Positions 55,361 to 59,076 of a stretch of 59,076 nucleotides of DNA are shown one piece after another. How positions within the stretch are numbered: position 1 is the stretch's first letter; every line of letters starts with the position of its first letter. The stretch is from positions 1 to 59,076 of the IMG/VR virus record IMGVR_UViG_3300043353_000061; one strand, given 5' to 3'. Source of the stretch: a virus. Lineage: Duplodnaviria; Caudoviricetes. The notes under the pieces were generated by a model. That model was not told the origin of the DNA and made no database searches. It was given only the letters and a program-made list of their open reading frames with translations. The position numbers and the translations under genes were made by a program.

Positions 55361-56785
55361 TCACATCCCCGCGAAGTATTTCCGGCCACTGTTCACGTAC
55401 ACAGAGACGTAACGTAGACAGTCGCAAGAATGGTCGTTGTGTTCGATGGGTTCGTCCTTCGCCTGATCCGGCTTCGGCACCTTCCAAGTGTACCCGACGA
55501 TTTCCTCGAGCAGAGACAGTGGCTTGCCTTCCGCCTTCAGTGTCGGATCGGGTCGGTGCCGGCGGGCGTCCGGGCGAAACATGATGCGGGGCTTCCCATC
55601 CGCCTGAACATCAAATAACCCCTGCACCAACTGAATCCCTTTGTCCCGGTCGCGTTTGTCGGCCGGGCTGGCGTGGACGCTGAACGGCTGAGACTTGCCC
55701 TCCACTGTCCGCTCGCCCTTGCAGTACTGGTTCCAGGTGGCGGTGTTCTCCGGGTCGTGGTCCGCGACCACCTTTTCCGGGGGCGGCTCGTCGCCATCGC
55801 TCACCAGTTTGGCACACTCCTTGGCCACCTCCTCCACCCGTGTCCGTGTCTTGTAAATCTCGCGGTACAGGTGCATCCGCTTGTCCCCATCAATGGCCCA
55901 CATCTGCACTACCAGCGGCTGCACGAACCCCCAGTCGATGCCCCACACCCGCCGCCACTCTTTGGGAGGTTCCCACCCGGCGGGGTGGTGATGCACTTGG
56001 GGATCATAGCCGTCGTACACCAGCCCTTCCGCCGACACCCACAGCCCACGCTCGAAGCGGTTGCGGCGGGCGCCGGTCATGCGGCCGAGTGTTTCCAGGT
56101 ACGCCTTGCCGGCCGGCGTCCAGTCGCCGTTCAGGTAGAACGCCGGGTTGTCCTTGTGCGTGCCGCTCAGCATGGTCAGCGGGCCGTCGCTCTGCCGGCG
56201 GTACAGCCAGTGCGTCGGCGTCGTCGGGTTGCAGTCCATCAGGATTTGCGGGCACGGCGTCTTGCCGTTCCGCAGTGACCGCAACAGCGTCTCGTAGGTC
56301 TCGAGCGTGACCCCCTCTTCCGTGGCTTCCTGAATGTAGATCGCGTCGTATTCGCTACTCAGCGTCTTGCCCGGATCGTCCAGCCCGGCGACCACCATCT
56401 CGGAGCCGTTCGGGAACTCGTAACTCTGCCGCACCCGTCGCGTCACCGGCCGGCGGGTGAGGACCGGGTGCCGCTCGCCGAGGATCTTCTCCCACGTCAC
56501 CAGCCCCGATTGCGTGAGGCTGGCCCGCGTGCCCCGGCAGAACAGCACCCGGCAGCCGGGGTGGGACTCGAGCAGGCGGTAACAGCGGGCGAGCAGTGCG
56601 TAGGACTTGCCCGTGCCGGCCGGGCCGGCGAGCAGCAGCTCCGGTGCGGTCGAGCGGTAGGCGTCCCGATTCGCCCCGTGGAACTGGAACCGCAGCAGGG
56701 GCGACCCGGCGAGCGACAGCAGCAACCCGTCCACCCGCTTGCGGTCGGCCGGGTTGAGGGCGGCGAGCAGGGCAGCGGGTGTCAC
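55361..56785 (-). CDS. terL: Terminase large subunit
   Basis: GPAGTGKS, IYIQEA, DCNP, GIDWG, DHSCDCLRY. Confidence 0.95.
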   Translation of the reverse strand: MTPAALLAALNPADRKRVDGLLLSLAGSPLLRFQFHGANRDAYRSTAPELLLAGPAGTGKSYALLARCYRLLESHPGCRVLFCRGTRASLTQSGLVTWEKILGERHPVLTRRPVTRRVRQSYEFPNGSEMVVAGLDDPGKTLSSEYDAIYIQEATEEGVTLETYETLLRSLRNGKTPCPQILMDCNPTTPTHWLYRRQSDGPLTMLSGTHKDNPAFYLNGDWTPAGKAYLETLGRMTGARRNRFERGLWVSAEGLVYDGYDPQVHHHPAGWEPPKEWRRVWGIDWGFVQPLVVQMWAIDGDKRMHLYREIYKTRTRVEEVAKECAKLVSDGDEPPPEKVVADHDPENTATWNQYCKGERTVEGKSQPFSVHASPADKRDRDKGIQLVQGLFDVQADGKPRIMFRPDARRHRPDPTLKAEGKPLSLLEEIVGYTWKVPKPDQAKDEPIEHNDHSCDCLRYVSVYVNSGRKYFAGM

Positions 56786-57072
56786 TCGCCCCTCACGCGG
56801 TAGCCGAGTTCGGTGGCGATCGGTTCGCCTTCCGCCGACTTCGCGGACGGGATGGCCGCCAGGAGTGCCGCCCGGCCGGCGTCGTAGCCGGCGCGGAATT
56901 CGGGCGTTCCGAAGTGGTGCCAGCCCGGCGTGAGGTCGGCCTCCTGTTGGGTGTACGCGAACCCTTCCACGCCCAACCGCCACCCGCCGAACCAGCGGAA
57001 GGCGGCCTGCTCTTGGGGGGTCGTAGTAGGTAATGCCGGCAGCATGACCGGCGACCTGTCTGGCTTGCTCAC
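56782..57072 (-). CDS. Hypothetical protein
   Basis: GTGA overlaps on both sides. Confidence 0.55.
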   Translation of the reverse strand: MSKPDRSPVMLPALPTTTPQEQAAFRWFGGWRLGVEGFAYTQQEADLTPGWHHFGTPEFRAGYDAGRAALLAAIPSAKSAEGEPIATELGYRVRGE

Positions 57073-57680
57073 TCGCCGCCCTCTGGAGTTGTGGCCGTCC
57101 CACCGAGTATCATCCGCACCAGTGCGATCTTCTCCGCCTCGGTCATGCCGTCCACCGGCTTGTCGTCATCCTTGAACAACCCGAGCTTCTTGCACAGCTT
57201 GTCGAGCGCGTCGAGCTTGCTGTACAGCTTGTACTCGACCTCCTCGACCTCCTCGACCAGATCATCGGACGCCTTCGACTTCACCTTCCGCCGCTTCACC
57301 TTGGCCACCTGGACGGCCTTCCGGGCGAGCGGGCGGATGCGGCTCGGCGGCTTCGCCCGGTCGAACTCGCCCTCGACCTCCTCGAACACCTCGCCGATGT
57401 CGGAGAACGCGACCGCCGCCAACTCCTTCAACACCTTCAGCCCGGAGATGCGGAGGTCGCGGGCGTACCCCTCCCGCATCGCCTGGAGTTCCGCCTGAAT
57501 GCTAGGGTTCGCTAGAAGCTTTGACGATTCGCACCGGGCCGTCCCGTAGGAGTGTTCGGGGAACGCCTTCAGGTAGGCCTGGGTGGCGTTGCCGTCGAAC
57601 GCGATGTACTCCTCGAGGAATCGCCGCTGTGACGTGGTGACTCCCAGGTCGCTCACCAACTTGGGCGTGCCCGTGGACAT
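57069..57680 (-). CDS. terS: Terminase small subunit
   Basis: QRRFLEEY..NATQAY, LKELAAVAFSDI, KLDALDKLCKKLGLF. Confidence 0.92.
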   Translation of the reverse strand: MSTGTPKLVSDLGVTTSQRRFLEEYIAFDGNATQAYLKAFPEHSYGTARCESSKLLANPSIQAELQAMREGYARDLRISGLKVLKELAAVAFSDIGEVFEEVEGEFDRAKPPSRIRPLARKAVQVAKVKRRKVKSKASDDLVEEVEEVEYKLYSKLDALDKLCKKLGLFKDDDKPVDGMTEAEKIALVRMILGGTATTPEGGE

Positions 57681-57683
57681 GGC

Positions 57684-57872
57684 TCAGGTATCTTGGCCCG
57701 TGGGCGGGGAACCGGCGTTGGGCTGGTGTTCGGCGGCGTGCAGGAAGTGCTGCCGGGTGTCACGCTCGCCGGCCTTGTACCCCGCGATGTACCCGAGTAT
57801 CGGGTAGCCAACCGCCATGAGGATCAGCAGGGCAAGAGTGCCCCGCGCCCGGTCTGCTTCGTTAAGTTGCAT
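57684..57872 (-). CDS. Small membrane protein
   Basis: One TM helix. Confidence 0.45.
   Translation of the reverse strand: MQLNEADRARGTLALLILMAVGYPILGYIAGYKAGERDTRQHFLHAAEHQPNAGSPPTGQDT
57706..57718 (-). promoter_or_regulatory. Late-promoter motif (terS)
   Basis: Exact copy, N10-CAAGAT-N9-ATG. Confidence 0.75.
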
Positions 57873-58110
57873 GGGGTTGGCACTCTGGTTTCGGCGGCCC
57901 CTGCTGGGCGTGTAACTGCTTGAGTTGTGGGTACAGTTCCTTGTACCTTCGCTCCGTCCAATCCCGCACCAGTTGGTCAACGATCTGCGTTACCGATCGC
58001 CCCTCGACGGTGGAGATCCATACCAACTTGTCCAAGACATCCACAACCATCCGCACCTGTCGCGTCTTGCCGCTCACAGTCGGCGGTCGTCCGGCCTTGC
58101 GCTTCGCCAT
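57862..58110 (-). CDS. Ribbon-helix-helix protein with GRP motif
   Basis: GRPP, TRQVRM, GRSVTQIVDQLVR. Confidence 0.65.
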   Translation of the reverse strand: MAKRKAGRPPTVSGKTRQVRMVVDVLDKLVWISTVEGRSVTQIVDQLVRDWTERRYKELYPQLKQLHAQQGPPKPECQPHAT

Positions 58111-58111
58111 C

Positions 58112-58618
58112 TCATTCCTCCATCAGTTTCGGGTCGAACAGCCCCAACCCCACATTTTCATCCCCCTCCTCGTCCCACTCGTCCGCCGCCGGCTGCACCC
58201 CCACCCCGTTCTTCCGCACCCACCACAGCACCTCAACCGCGTCCTGCGGGCTGTCCAGGGGCGGGCCATCCGCGAGCGGGTAGATTGACTCAGGGACGTA
58301 GCCGGAGAACAGGCACGCCTTGCACCCACCAGTGTTACACCCCTCGCAGTCCTTCGACGGCTTGAGCGCCCGCACGGCTCTAATCAGGTCCACCAGCACC
58401 AGCGGGATGAACTCGGTGCGGGATGCGATGTCCACCGGGGCAAAGAGGTAGTTCCCCCGCCGATCGACCGCCCTTCTTAGCAACCTCCCCGCCGGCCCTT
58501 TCACCACCTCGCTCAGCAGGTGGGTAGACATGCCCAGCAACCGCACGGCCGCTTCATACCGCCCTCGCTCGTCGGCCGGCGTGACCTGTCTCATGCGGAC
58601 CACCTCCGGGGGAAGCAT
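58112..58618 (-). CDS. Hypothetical protein with CxxC-CxxC
   Basis: CEGC..CKAC. Confidence 0.5.
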   Translation of the reverse strand: MLPPEVVRMRQVTPADERGRYEAAVRLLGMSTHLLSEVVKGPAGRLLRRAVDRRGNYLFAPVDIASRTEFIPLVLVDLIRAVRALKPSKDCEGCNTGGCKACLFSGYVPESIYPLADGPPLDSPQDAVEVLWWVRKNGVGVQPAADEWDEEGDENVGLGLFDPKLMEE

Positions 58619-58628
58619 ACCACGCGCC

Positions 58629-58751
58629 CTACTTCCAGAACGCCGGGAACCCCTGGAAGGCCCACGCGACCGCGCACACGGCGACCGCCAGGCCGATCAG
58701 GGCGAGGAAGCACCCGCACCCGATACAGCCGACGTCGGCATCGTCGCTCAT
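58629..58751 (-). CDS. Small membrane peptide
   Basis: One TM helix, ATGA overlap. Confidence 0.4.
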   Translation of the reverse strand: MSDDADVGCIGCGCFLALIGLAVAVCAVAWAFQGFPAFWK

Positions 58752-59053
58752 GTCAGCACCTCGCGGATGATGGCCATGTCTTTCGGCGTCCAACAGAACG
58801 CCGGGATGCCCGCGGCCGCGAACGCCGCGAGCCAAAGTTTCTGCTCCGGTCTCGGCTTCTTGCCCACCCGCTTCAGCTCGGCCACCCAGAGCGATTCGCC
58901 CCGCATCCCGACCAGATCGGGGAACCCCGTGGCGCTCACACGGCGGCTGTCAGGCACGGAGTACACCGTCCACCCCAACAGGTGAGCAAGTTGAATGACC
59001 TGCCTTTGAAACTCAGCCTCGGTTATCAACGGTATGCTTCCGTTTCCATTCAC
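58748..59053 (-). CDS. VRR-NUC domain nuclease
   Basis: EAEFQ, GFPDL, AELK, PEQKLW. Confidence 0.88.
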   Translation of the reverse strand: MNGNGSIPLITEAEFQRQVIQLAHLLGWTVYSVPDSRRVSATGFPDLVGMRGESLWVAELKRVGKKPRPEQKLWLAAFAAAGIPAFCWTPKDMAIIREVLT

Positions 59054-59076
59054 GCGAGTGGCACGTCGTACATAGA

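Larger units (their letters stand above)
1..59076. mobile_element. Temperate tailed phage genome, near complete, probable Planctomycetota (Gemmataceae) host
   Basis: Terminases, portal, protease, HK97-type capsid, tail genes, integrase, replication genes; no host housekeeping genes; TIGR02996-type genes. Confidence 0.93.

Noticed and set aside
30093-57718. GGGGAACCGGCGT resembles part of type I-E CRISPR repeats
   Set aside because: Copies are dispersed, have no spacers or cas genes, and sit at a fixed distance from start codons
59040-59076. Window ends joining into a closed circle
   Set aside because: No terminal overlap, and joining would cut the HNH at position 1 before its catalytic motif; some sequence is missing

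Overview
The window is a near-complete genome of a GC-rich temperate tailed phage (siphovirus-like, no sheath gene). The host is most likely a planctomycete of the Gemmataceae type, inferred from two TIGR02996-domain genes, the integrase N-terminus and an RRRDEDD-type membrane OB-fold protein. Layout: methyltransferase, replication, early and regulatory genes (1-17.8 kb, mostly minus strand); tyrosine integrase with a probable intact attP (17.8-19.2 kb); an atypical lysis region with a papain-like peptidase (19.8-24 kb); glycan-active tail proteins and glycosyltransferases (24-33 kb); tail genes with an inverted terminator-tube-chaperone-tape-measure block (33-39.6 kb); an immunity cassette; head genes; a 1,200-aa cargo-like polyprotein; portal, terminases and VRR-NUC. 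Main unannotated signals: (1) eight exact copies of ACGCCGGTTCCCC before virion operons, six of them exactly 21 nt from the ATG with an SAnnnT -10 box, suggesting a leaderless late regulon; (2) a 168-nt tRNA-shaped RNA with a large structured insertion; (3) a ~450-nt hairpin-dense noncoding region; (4) a shared R-V-x-K-[A/S/G] maturation-like motif in capsid, portal, protease and the polyprotein; (5) SymR-like hairpin leaders with antisense -10 boxes before HNH genes; (6) duplicated operator-flanked HTH cassettes; (7) a two-frame split C5 methyltransferase. All calls come from reading motifs by eye; no database searches were run.
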